NCBI RefSeq assembly: GCF_000011325.1
Contig: NC_003450.3
Coordinates: 3,000,001-3,032,000 of the forward strand
DNA length: 32,000 nt
Source: Corynebacterium glutamicum ATCC 13032
Lineage (GTDB): Bacteria > Actinomycetota > Actinomycetes > Mycobacteriales > Mycobacteriaceae
Reading direction: 5' to 3'
Shown: one piece after another, positions 8,479 to 17,316 of the stretch
Layout of the letters: each line of letters opens with the position of its first letter
Numbering within the stretch: the stretch's first letter is position 1
Notes under the pieces: generated by a model
Told to the model about the DNA's origin: nothing
The model's input: only the letters and a program-made list of their open reading frames with translations
Databases searched by the model: none
Program-made: the position numbers and the translations under genes

Positions 8479-8657
8479 ACCTTGCGCGGCCGATTCACCA
8501 TATAAACCAGCACTGCCACTACCAATCCGGCGATCATAAAACCAAGCGCAACCAGCGCATTGGCATACATGATGCTGATGTACATTCCGGTGAGAACTCC
8601 AAGCAAGAAGATAATGAACGCCTTAACAACGGCCCTTCGTTGAAGATCTTCTTTCAT
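8451..8657 (-). CDS. Small two-TM membrane protein (hypothetical)
   Basis: The ORF has two hydrophobic stretches (FIIFLLGVLTGMYISIMY and LVALGFMIAGLVVAVLVYMV). The ATG at 8657 is preceded by AAGGTGG. The track start at 8690 is TTG. The last 9 codons lie inside the 41-nt repeat. Confidence 0.5.
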   Translation of the reverse strand: MKEDLQRRAVVKAFIIFLLGVLTGMYISIMYANALVALGFMIAGLVVAVLVYMVNRPRKVESESPRLE

Positions 8658-8746
8658 GGCAACCACCTTTTCCTCAATGCTCAAAATCAAGCTTTAAGTC
8701 CAGAGTTGCAGTTGCCTCACCCGAATTCAATAAGTTTCCAAAAGTT

Positions 8747-9163
8747 TTAGCCACCGATGTTGAACATCCAGTGAGTTCCAAAGCGATCCTCCAGCGCACC
8801 ATAAACCGCACCCCAAGGAACAGCTTCCAAAGGCATGGTCACGGTGCCGCCCTCAGACAACTTCTCCCAGTAGCCACGAATTTCCTCTTCCAGCTCAGCG
8901 CCACCAGTCAGCGACAACGGAGTGTCCTCGCCCTTCATTCGTTGCATCACGCGCGGAATATCACTGGCAAAAAGCAACTTCTGACCATCAACGACCAGCT
9001 CAGCGTGCATGATTTTCTCGCCGTCACCACCAACTTCCTCCTCAGAATGCATGGCGGAAAACGGCATCATCTGAAGCTCGCCACCAAAAACTGTTTGGTA
9101 GAACTCCATTGCTTCTTTGGCATTTCCATTGAACTGACGGTACGGGGTGAGATCGGCTTTCAT
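8747..9163 (-). CDS. VOC/glyoxalase-superfamily protein (PhnB/YjdN-like)
   Basis: The sequence LTPYRQFNGNAKEAMEFYQTVFGG ... FGTHWMFN resembles PhnB-like VOC proteins. I chose the ATG at 9163 (MKADLTPY), preceded by GGAAGG; the track start is at 9205. Confidence 0.7.
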   Translation of the reverse strand: MKADLTPYRQFNGNAKEAMEFYQTVFGGELQMMPFSAMHSEEEVGGDGEKIMHAELVVDGQKLLFASDIPRVMQRMKGEDTPLSLTGGAELEEEIRGYWEKLSEGGTVTMPLEAVPWGAVYGALEDRFGTHWMFNIGG

Positions 9164-9242
9164 CGGATTCCTGCCTTCCAAGCGAGAGCATTTTCTGTGA
9201 CCCACATTACGCTAGAAAGCATGCGTCAATCTGCTTCCAGAC

Positions 9243-9611
9243 ATGTCACCCTCCTCAGCACCGCCACCCGACCAAAAAATTTACGAGATAGCGCGCGATC
9301 TTCCTAGGCTGCCCGCTTGGGCTTCAGGTTTAGCAAGCGGGACGCTTTCGCTTATCGACGCCAACTCCCTCCATTTGGAATCCCCCATGGGCCTAGTTCA
9401 CACCGAATTCACCCCAATAAACACCTACGGAATCCTCGACCACGTAGTCACCCTCCCCGACGGAACTAAAGTGCTCAACCCTTTCCGAGTCATCCCCCAC
9501 GACACCGGCTCCGAACTCATTTTCACCGTCCGCCCCAACGAAAACTTCGAAGAAGATTGCCAAGCAGTCGCAGCAGACCTCGAAAGGCTGGTCGCACTGG
9601 CCGAAAAATGA
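9243..9611 (+). CDS. Hypothetical protein, weakly SRPBCC-like
   Basis: 122-aa ORF in a coding-like frame. Only loose resemblance (IYEIARDLPRLPAW) to SRPBCC ligand-binding proteins. Confidence 0.4.
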   Translation: MSPSSAPPPDQKIYEIARDLPRLPAWASGLASGTLSLIDANSLHLESPMGLVHTEFTPINTYGILDHVVTLPDGTKVLNPFRVIPHDTGSELIFTVRPNENFEEDCQAVAADLERLVALAEK

Positions 9612-9653
9612 CCCCACAGAATGGTCTCTAAGCGACTTCGAGGCCTTAAACAA

Positions 9654-9695
9654 GAAACAGGCAAACCGTAGCCACAGCTACGGTTTGCCTGTTTC
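9654..9695. terminator. Perfect 19-bp stem hairpin between convergent genes (bidirectional terminator)
   Basis: GAAACAGGCAAACCGTAGC (9654-9672), loop caca, GCTACGGTTTGCCTGTTTC (9677-9695). Verified as an exact reverse complement. Confidence 0.8.
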
Positions 9696-9707
9696 TATAC
9701 GGGGACT

Positions 9708-11240
9708 TTAAGCGTCGATGGTTTCGAGCTGAGAAGTCAGGTGCTTGCGACGACCGCGGATTGCAGTGATGACACTGACCGCGATGAAGATGGCGAGCAC
9801 TGCGTAGAGGGACCAGGTGATGGGGCTGGAGACGAGGATGGAGAAATCGCCAACCGAGGACAGTAGTGCGTCGCGGAGGGAGGTTTCAGCCAAAGGTCCA
9901 AGAACCATACCGATCATCAGCGGTGCCAGCGGGTAACCGTAGCGACGCATGATCAAAGCCACGACACCGATGCCGAGCAGCATGAGCAGGTCGAACACTG
10001 CGCCGGAGGTGGCGTAAATGCCCAGGCCACAGAACAATGCGATGCCGGAGTAGAGGTAGTGGTTTGGAATGAGCAGGAGCTTTGCCCACAGCTGTGCGAA
10101 CGGCAGGTTGATGAACAGCAGGACGATCATCGCGATGAAGAAGCTGGCAAGAAGTGCCCAGACAAGTTCAGGGTTGCGATCGAAGAGTAGTGGTCCGGGC
10201 TGGATTCCGTACTGGCGGAACGCTGCCAACATGATGGCCGCAGTTGCAGAGACTGGGAGACCCAGGGCAAGAAGAGCGCCCATCGCCATGCCTGTGGTGG
10301 CGTTACCTGCAGCTTCAGGAGCAGCGAGTCCTCGGATTGCACCTTTATCGCCGAACTGCGGATCTTTGCGTCGTTTATCCAATGCGCGCTCGGTGGAGTA
10401 AGCCAAGAAGGTTGGAACTTCAGATCCACCAACAGGGATCACACCGAAAGGCAGACCAATGATGGTTCCGCGTGCCCAGGCTGGAGCGGCTTCTTTGAAT
10501 TCCGTTCCGGTAAGCCACGGACGGCCTGCAGAGCGCGTCTCCAGATTTGCTTTGTCACGGCGTGCGCGGGCTGCAATGTAAAACACTTCTCCCAGTGCCA
10601 AAATCGCGACGGTAACAGTAACGAGGGAAATTCCGTCGAAAAGCTGCGGTGCCCCGAGCGTGAAGCGCTCGATGCCGGTGACCGAATCGATGCCGATGGT
10701 CGCAATGCCGAGGCCGAAAATGAGGGACGCAAGTCCCTTAAACACGGAGTCGGACACCACGGAGGAGGTGGCGACGAACGCGAAGAGTGCCAGTGCGAAG
10801 TACTCGGCGGGGCCGAATGCGGTGGACAGTTCCGCCAGGGTTGGTGCGAGGAAGACCACGATGAAGGAGGAGACGATACCGCCGATGAAGGCACCGATCG
10901 CTGCGGTAGCCAGAGCCTGTGGCGCACGGCCGTTAAGAGCCATGCGGTGGCCCTCGAATGTTGAGGCGATTGCCGATGCCTGACCTGGGGTGTTCATCAA
11001 AATTGCCATCGTGGAGTCACCGAAGAGACCACCGAAATATACGCCAGAGAACATAATGAACGCGGCAGTTGGATCAAGCGCGAAGGTCATTGGCAGCAGC
11101 AGCGCCACAGCCATGGAGGATCCAAGACCAGGCATGACGCCAACCGCGGTGCCGAGCAAACAGCCGACAATCACCCAGAGGAGGTTCATCGGCGTTAGCG
11201 CGCCGGCGAAACCTTCCATCAAGAGGGACAAAATATCCAT
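9708..11240 (-). CDS. tctA: Tripartite tricarboxylate transporter, large permease TctA
   Basis: 510-aa polytopic membrane ORF. It is last of three overlapping genes (TAATG junction with tctB), and the order C-B-A matches tctCBA. Confidence 0.9.
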   Translation of the reverse strand: MDILSLLMEGFAGALTPMNLLWVIVGCLLGTAVGVMPGLGSSMAVALLLPMTFALDPTAAFIMFSGVYFGGLFGDSTMAILMNTPGQASAIASTFEGHRMALNGRAPQALATAAIGAFIGGIVSSFIVVFLAPTLAELSTAFGPAEYFALALFAFVATSSVVSDSVFKGLASLIFGLGIATIGIDSVTGIERFTLGAPQLFDGISLVTVTVAILALGEVFYIAARARRDKANLETRSAGRPWLTGTEFKEAAPAWARGTIIGLPFGVIPVGGSEVPTFLAYSTERALDKRRKDPQFGDKGAIRGLAAPEAAGNATTGMAMGALLALGLPVSATAAIMLAAFRQYGIQPGPLLFDRNPELVWALLASFFIAMIVLLFINLPFAQLWAKLLLIPNHYLYSGIALFCGLGIYATSGAVFDLLMLLGIGVVALIMRRYGYPLAPLMIGMVLGPLAETSLRDALLSSVGDFSILVSSPITWSLYAVLAIFIAVSVITAIRGRRKHLTSQLETIDA

Positions 11241-11806
11241 TAAAAGCCACCACCCAAAAGTCCGGAAGGAAGATTAAGTCCCAAGCCCACATCGAATGCG
11301 AGGTAGACCACGGAGCTCATCATGAGGGAAACAAGAACATCGAAACCTGGGCGTTTGGAACCGAAAGCCCTGGTCATTGTCCAGAACAACAAGGAGCCAG
11401 CAAGGACCCAGCCAAGATATGGAAGCAAGACTGCAAAGGCGAAGAAGCCACCGATCGCCCACGCGAGTGAGACGTAATCAGAGTGGAATTTCCAGCTTCG
11501 GCCAGATTCATTTTCTGGATGCATGGGGTACTTGATGGTTTGAATGGTCAATGCCACTGCCACCAACAAACCCGCGATGCCGAGGATTGTTGGGAAGAAT
11601 CGAGGTCCTGGGAATGCTGCATTGCCCACATCCATGTTTAAAACACCGATGAGCAAATACAAACTAAATGCCGTAAGAATTGCGGGCATGATGAGCCCGG
11701 AGCGGCCTTCCCAGAAAGTGCCCTCGCCAACTGGACGAGGTCCGGGCAGCTGGTGTGATTCCGGGATGTCGATATGGGACTCGCCGGATTGTTCAGTGAC
11801 GTTCAC
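11240..11806 (-). CDS. tctB: Tripartite tricarboxylate transporter, small permease TctB
   Basis: 188-aa 4-TM ORF between tctC and tctA. The GTG start overlaps the tctC stop (TAGTG). Confidence 0.8.
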   Translation of the reverse strand: MNVTEQSGESHIDIPESHQLPGPRPVGEGTFWEGRSGLIMPAILTAFSLYLLIGVLNMDVGNAAFPGPRFFPTILGIAGLLVAVALTIQTIKYPMHPENESGRSWKFHSDYVSLAWAIGGFFAFAVLLPYLGWVLAGSLLFWTMTRAFGSKRPGFDVLVSLMMSSVVYLAFDVGLGLNLPSGLLGGGF

Positions 11807-12810
11807 TAGCCCATCTCCTTGAATAGCTGATCAATTCGGTCAATTTCATCTTCAACAAACTGGTCGAGTTCTTCGCCTTCAAGTGAGGCGTTCATCCAGT
11901 AGTTTCGTTCCACCGCGGACTGCCATTCAGCAGTCTCCACAGACTCCGCAACGATTGCTCGAAGTTCCGCAATTTGATCATCGCTCAAACCAGGAGGAGC
12001 GAACATGGCACGCCAGTTGGTCAAGGTCACGTCATAGCCTTGTTCCACTAGCGTTGGAATGTCAGAACCTGGAAGGCGTTCTTCTGCAGCAATTCCCAAA
12101 ACCTTCAATCGACCGGCTTCTACCTGCGGATACATATCAGCAAAACCACCAGTTGATGCCTTTGCGGTTCCGTTCAGTAGCGCCTGAATCGCTTCGCCAC
12201 CACCATCAGAAGGAATAAAGGTGGTTTGCTTAGGATCTATACCTGCAGACAGTGCAATTTCTGTCATAACAAGCTGGTCAAAGGAACCACCACCGGTCCA
12301 GGACACTCCTGCTGGATCTGCCTTCCAACCTTCAATGAGCTCTTCAAGGGTGTTGTATGGAGAATCCGCTGGCACGGTGATGATGTCGAACTCTTCCACC
12401 ACACGAGCAATTGGGGTGACATCCTGGATTTTCGCAGGGGTATCGAATTGAATTTGTGCTGCGATATGCCCCGTTCCACCCACCATCAAGGTGTTCGGTG
12501 CAGTCATGGTAGACAGTTTGCCAAGTGCAATGGTTCCACCAGCTCCAGGGATGTTGACCACCTGAATATTGTTCACGATCTTATTCACGCGCATAGACTG
12601 CTGCTGCTCACGTTGGAAAGTATCCCAACCTCCACCTGCAGCTGCAGGAGCAATCAGCGTCATGTTGGAACGAATATCCTCGCCACCGGATGCAGACTGG
12701 ATGGAGAAAAACGCAGCGATTGCAGTGATGACCACCGCTGCGGTACCTACAACAAATTGTTTAGTTTTGGATTGTGCAGACCCTGCGGGTTCTGCTCCTA
12801 CTTCGGCCAT
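11806..12810 (-). CDS. tctC: Tripartite tricarboxylate transporter substrate-binding protein TctC (Bug family), N-terminally anchored
   Basis: Periplasmic-binding-protein-like ORF with an N-terminal hydrophobic anchor. The ATG at 12810 (MAEVG...) is preferred over the TTG at 12849. Confidence 0.88.
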   Translation of the reverse strand: MAEVGAEPAGSAQSKTKQFVVGTAAVVITAIAAFFSIQSASGGEDIRSNMTLIAPAAAGGGWDTFQREQQQSMRVNKIVNNIQVVNIPGAGGTIALGKLSTMTAPNTLMVGGTGHIAAQIQFDTPAKIQDVTPIARVVEEFDIITVPADSPYNTLEELIEGWKADPAGVSWTGGGSFDQLVMTEIALSAGIDPKQTTFIPSDGGGEAIQALLNGTAKASTGGFADMYPQVEAGRLKVLGIAAEERLPGSDIPTLVEQGYDVTLTNWRAMFAPPGLSDDQIAELRAIVAESVETAEWQSAVERNYWMNASLEGEELDQFVEDEIDRIDQLFKEMG

Positions 12811-13103
12811 TTTGGGGGAATCCCTCTCGGTCGGACTTTTGGACAACAAGCTCTTGAATGTTTGATGCCTAAGTGCTTGGGTGATTCACGTCACCGCTTC
12901 ACTGTGGTGTGGACTACATTAAATGGCTTGCCGTGATCCCTAAAAGTCCTTGATGGAATTCTTTGAGATTCACCCCCAATCAGAGTGTTAAAACTCATTG
13001 ACCTCGATATATGCTTATTTGGATCATTTTAAATCATTTAGCGCACAGTGATTTGTAGATCATTCTTCAAGGTTTTGTGATCCATTCGAGAACTACTTGT
13101 GAG

Positions 13104-13838
13104 CTAGGACTCCCCCTTGTTGTCCATCATGACGTCCATCATGTACTCAGCAATTTCTTCCGGATCCTCAAAGAAGTCACGTAGCGCTCGAAACGCCGTT
13201 GTCACCTCAAAATCAAACCCTCGATGCAGTTCCCCCGATGCACTAAACTCCCAAATTTCTGCACCCGGAATAGCCATCAACACCGGCGAATGCGTCACGA
13301 TGATAATTTGCGCACCACTTTCCGCCAGAAAATTAAGCTCCGCCAGAATCGCCATCTGTCGAATGAACGATAGCCCCGCTTCAGGCTCATCCATCAGATA
13401 CAGCCCCTTGCCCACAAAAGCATTCTGCACAATATGCATCACCGACTCCCCGTGCGACATGTGATGAAGGTTCACCCAGCCGGGAGCCTCATCGCGATAT
13501 CCAGACGCGACGTTGAAATGAGTTTCCGCCCGCAGGAAATACCCCCGCATCGGCTCTTTTCCCTTGTGTGCTTTTGCCACAGTTTGCAAAGGGTTGTCGG
13601 AAGGTTTGAACTTTCCGGTGTGTTCACCACCTGCTGTGTCGAAGCCCGCATTGATCGCGATAGCCTCCAGCAATGTCGACTTACCCACACCGTTTTCCCC
13701 GGTTATGACGGTGATCGGCGCACGAAAGTCCAGCATGCGCTTTTCTCTCAACACCCGAAAAGCAGGAACCTTCTCTGTCCAAGCAGCAGCCACACCCACA
13801 TGTTCAAGCGCTGCAATATCGGTGATATACGGCATCAT
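13104..13838 (-). CDS. Stand-alone ABC/SMC-like ATPase (AAA_21/COG3910-like), paralog 2
   Basis: Walker A GENGVGKST, signature-like MSHGES, Walker B LYLMDEPEAGLS and H-loop THSP. No TM segments. Its ATG overlaps the upstream paralog's stop as ATGA. Confidence 0.8.
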   Translation of the reverse strand: MMPYITDIAALEHVGVAAAWTEKVPAFRVLREKRMLDFRAPITVITGENGVGKSTLLEAIAINAGFDTAGGEHTGKFKPSDNPLQTVAKAHKGKEPMRGYFLRAETHFNVASGYRDEAPGWVNLHHMSHGESVMHIVQNAFVGKGLYLMDEPEAGLSFIRQMAILAELNFLAESGAQIIIVTHSPVLMAIPGAEIWEFSASGELHRGFDFEVTTAFRALRDFFEDPEEIAEYMMDVMMDNKGES

Positions 13839-14557
13839 TGGTGATCCTCCTCCGCAGTCAGAAACGCCGCCGTACCTCGCGGATCTGCCACAAATTCCCG
13901 AGCCGCACGAACAGCCTCCGCATCCTCAAAATTCACCTTTGCAACACCCGAAGATGTAATTTCAAGGATCTCTGCCCCCGGAATAGCCAACAATATTGGA
14001 GAGTGCGTAGCCATGATGATCTGCGCACCACCTCGAGCAAGGTTGCCCAACTTTCCCAACAACTCCAACTGCCTCAGCATGGAAAGGCCTGCCTCAGGCT
14101 CGTCCAAAACAAAAAATCCTTGATTGTTAAAACGCCGATCAATCACCGCAAATACCGATTCGCCATGGCTCATCTTGTGAAGATCATGCATGTTCTTTTC
14201 CCCCATTAACTCCTCATAATAGGAAGCCACGTTATACATCGTCTCACCCCGAAAAAAGAACGCATCCCGAGGGTTTTCTCTCCGCACCAACTTCAACGAC
14301 TGATGAAGCGACGACACAATATCGCCTTCCCTGCCAAAGTTTGCATGCCTAGAGCCACCAGACGGATTAAGGCGCATCCCCACCGCCAAAGCCTCAACCA
14401 ACGTGGATTTACCCACCCCATTTTCACCAGTAATCACAGTAATCGGTGCACGAAACTCCAACGGCTGTTCATGCAGATATTCCACGATCGCCAGGCTCGA
14501 TAAATACCCCGGCAATGACTCCGGATGATCAAGCAGCGAAACCTTTGTCAAGAACAT
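13835..14557 (-). CDS. Stand-alone ABC/SMC-like ATPase (AAA_21/COG3910-like), paralog 1
   Basis: It has the same motif set as paralog 2: GENGVGKST, MSHGES, FFVLDEPEAGLS and ATHSP. The ATG at 14557 (MFLTKV) is preferred over the TTG at 14584. Confidence 0.8.
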   Translation of the reverse strand: MFLTKVSLLDHPESLPGYLSSLAIVEYLHEQPLEFRAPITVITGENGVGKSTLVEALAVGMRLNPSGGSRHANFGREGDIVSSLHQSLKLVRRENPRDAFFFRGETMYNVASYYEELMGEKNMHDLHKMSHGESVFAVIDRRFNNQGFFVLDEPEAGLSMLRQLELLGKLGNLARGGAQIIMATHSPILLAIPGAEILEITSSGVAKVNFEDAEAVRAAREFVADPRGTAAFLTAEEDHQ

Positions 14558-14616
14558 AGCTCCCCACCCTAGACAAAAGCCCAAATAAATCTGCTCAATA
14601 ACCTAACCTAAAGTCC

Positions 14617-15828
14617 ATGCACGCCTCGTCGCCCCAACCTCACCCTCAGCGCACCCGTGTTCTCAGCGGCCTGATTTTCGCCCAAATCATGGTTGGTGCA
14701 TCCAATGGCGTGACGCTATCGATGGGAAGTTTGCTGGCAGCACACTTGGCGGGAGCTTCGTGGGGAGGATCAGCCGCCACATTGACCACGATCGGCGCAG
14801 CTATCTTTTCGATTCCCCTTGCCCGCATGGTCTCCACATACGATCGCCGAACTTCACTCAGCACGGGCATGTTGCTTGGTTGCGTGGGCGCACTACTGGC
14901 GATCCTCGGCGCACAATTCGGCTTGTTTCCAGTAGTACTTTTGGCATTTTTGTTCCTCGGATCCATGTCGGCGGTTAACCTCCAAGCACGTTTCGCCGCA
15001 ACCGACGTGGCCAGTGAAGAAACCCGCGGCCGCGACCTCTCGATCGTTGTGTGGTCCACCACCATCGGCGCAATCGCCGGACCAAATTTATTTGAACCAA
15101 GCGCCCGATTCAGCGAAACCCTGGGCCTCGAACAACATGCCGGCGCATACCTGCTGTGTTTATTTGGCCAGCTCATCGCCATCGCAGTCTGGCGATTCAC
15201 CCTCCCCAAAGGCCTCAAACCCGAAGCCACCCCAAATGCACCAACAGAAAAGAAGCGCCTCACCCCGAAAGCCCTCCAAGCCATCACATCGGTTGCAACC
15301 GCACACTTCTCCATGGTCGGTCTCATGTCCATGGCCGCCATCCACATGCAAGGCCACGGCGCCAGCCTCACCATCATCGGCTTCACCATCAGTTTGCACG
15401 TCGCCGGAATGTACGCACTCTCACCAGTGTTCGGCCTGCTCACAGACAAACTCGGCCGCAATGTCACCATCTATTCCGGCTTCGCCATGCTCGCCACATC
15501 CGCAGCATTTCTTATCATTTGGCCCGAACCACAGTGGGCCATGATCACATCCATGATCCTGCTTGGGCTCGGCTGGAACTCTGCCCTCGTCGGTTCTTCA
15601 ACATTGCTTGTCGACGCCACCCCCATCCACCACCGCACCTACGCCCAGGGGCGCAGCGACCTAACGATGAATCTTGCGGGAGCTTCAGGCGGGTTGATCG
15701 CCGGACCGTTAATTGCCATGGGCGGAATGCCCTTGTTGGCAGGCGTCGTTCTTGCAGTTGTGGCGCTTCAAACGGTGCTTAGTTTCAGAACCCGTTCAAT
15801 TGAAAAGACTCCTGCTTCATGTTTTTAG
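14617..15828 (+). CDS. MFS-type permease
   Basis: 403-aa ORF with about 12 hydrophobic segments and typical MFS loop features. Confidence 0.8.
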   Translation: MHASSPQPHPQRTRVLSGLIFAQIMVGASNGVTLSMGSLLAAHLAGASWGGSAATLTTIGAAIFSIPLARMVSTYDRRTSLSTGMLLGCVGALLAILGAQFGLFPVVLLAFLFLGSMSAVNLQARFAATDVASEETRGRDLSIVVWSTTIGAIAGPNLFEPSARFSETLGLEQHAGAYLLCLFGQLIAIAVWRFTLPKGLKPEATPNAPTEKKRLTPKALQAITSVATAHFSMVGLMSMAAIHMQGHGASLTIIGFTISLHVAGMYALSPVFGLLTDKLGRNVTIYSGFAMLATSAAFLIIWPEPQWAMITSMILLGLGWNSALVGSSTLLVDATPIHHRTYAQGRSDLTMNLAGASGGLIAGPLIAMGGMPLLAGVVLAVVALQTVLSFRTRSIEKTPASCF

Positions 15829-17150
15829 CCTAGGAATTCACGCACGACGGAGTCATAACCCCGAACAGTCAGTTCAAGATCTTCCAGGTACAGCGCCTCG
15901 TCATGGGAGTGAAGTTGCCCCATTGCTTCCGCCAAAGTTCGTTCACGTGCATGAACTGCAAAACCATAACCAACACCGCCTAGTCGACGACCAAAGCGCA
16001 GGTCAGAGCCACCAGAGGAAATAATTGGGACCACAGGCGCATCGGGGAAGAAATCACCAAGAACTTTTTCCAAGGTGTTATACAACCTGGAATCAGTTGG
16101 GCTCACCGTTGCTTCTTCAGAGATGAGGTGTTCGATTTCTACTTCATCGGCAAGATCGCCCAGAGCAGCACGCAGGGTGTCATCAACATAGTCATTGGTT
16201 TGGCCTGGAAGGGTACGGATATCCAGTTCCAAGTACGCATGCGATGGCAATACATTGATGGCTTGACCTGCACGAACCACAGTTTGGGCGATCGTGAGAT
16301 GAGACACCGCGTGGGCGAAGCGGGAGAGTCCGCCGAACTCTGCGTAGGCCTCAGGGGAGGTCCCGCTAAGAAGCGCCTGCTCCGTTTCTGGGTCGAAACG
16401 GTGCGCTTGGACGAAGCCTTGCCAGATATCGTCCTTGGCTACCTTCAGATCGGCGGCAGCGATTCGGCGGGCGACTTCACCGATCTTGACAATAGCGCTG
16501 TCACGGTCGAAAGGAATGGAACCATGACCAGCATCGCCATTGACGTGAATACGACGTTGAGCTGCACCTTTTTCTCCAACGTTAATTACTACTGCGTCGC
16601 TGCCGTCGTGGACTGGAAGGTGCGATCCACCGGATTCGGAGAGGCAGTTTTTCCAGCTGAAGAGGTTTTGGTGTTCTTCGGAAAGCCACTTCGCTCCGAG
16701 TCCGCCGCGGGCTTCCTCATCAGCAACGCCAACGAATGTCAGCGTGCCACGCAGGCCGCCTTCACGGGCTACTTGACGGGTGACGGCCGCTTGGGTTGCG
16801 GTAATAAAGAGCATATCGACGGACCCTCTACCCCAAATCTGTCCATCCGAAATCTCCGCACCGAATGGATCTTTAGTCCATTTAGGCAGATCAACAGGCA
16901 CAACATCAGTATGTCCAAGCAGTGTTAAAGGCTCAGCATCTGGATCGCTGCCTGGAACAGTCACGATAATTGAGGTCCGGCCCGGATGCGGTTCCAGCTT
17001 GGTGATTTTAACGTTGGGGGTTCCTTCAAAGAAACGTTCTAGGCTTTCCGCGTTTCTAATTTCCTGACCTGAATCTGGGGTTAGATCATTCACGCAGGCG
17101 TTGCGGATAAGTTCCTGAAGGAGGGTGAGGGTTTCGTCGTAAAGCGTCAT
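15825..17150 (-). CDS. M20-family metallopeptidase (ArgE/DapE/dipeptidase-like)
   Basis: Metal and catalytic motifs GHTDVVP, GRGSVDM and ADEE. Confidence 0.88.
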   Translation of the reverse strand: MTLYDETLTLLQELIRNACVNDLTPDSGQEIRNAESLERFFEGTPNVKITKLEPHPGRTSIIVTVPGSDPDAEPLTLLGHTDVVPVDLPKWTKDPFGAEISDGQIWGRGSVDMLFITATQAAVTRQVAREGGLRGTLTFVGVADEEARGGLGAKWLSEEHQNLFSWKNCLSESGGSHLPVHDGSDAVVINVGEKGAAQRRIHVNGDAGHGSIPFDRDSAIVKIGEVARRIAAADLKVAKDDIWQGFVQAHRFDPETEQALLSGTSPEAYAEFGGLSRFAHAVSHLTIAQTVVRAGQAINVLPSHAYLELDIRTLPGQTNDYVDDTLRAALGDLADEVEIEHLISEEATVSPTDSRLYNTLEKVLGDFFPDAPVVPIISSGGSDLRFGRRLGGVGYGFAVHARERTLAEAMGQLHSHDEALYLEDLELTVRGYDSVVREFLG

Positions 17151-17316
17151 CTTTTTCTTTCTAATATCGCGTTCATCGCCACTGTATCGAATTTCCGGCT
17201 AACTGACGCTGGATTCTGTCTGTTTTCCCTGGAGTTTTAGACCGTATCGTTCAATGCGTATAGACTATGCAGTCTAGTAATGTTTCTTCGAACACGCTAA
17301 CCATGCACCAGCCCAC

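Noticed and set aside
14646-15782. Alternative-frame ORFs inside the MFS gene (minus-strand 274 aa; plus-strand 176 aa and 208 aa)
   Set aside because: They are Arg/Pro/His-rich low-complexity translations. The MFS frame gives a coherent 12-helix hydrophobic pattern.
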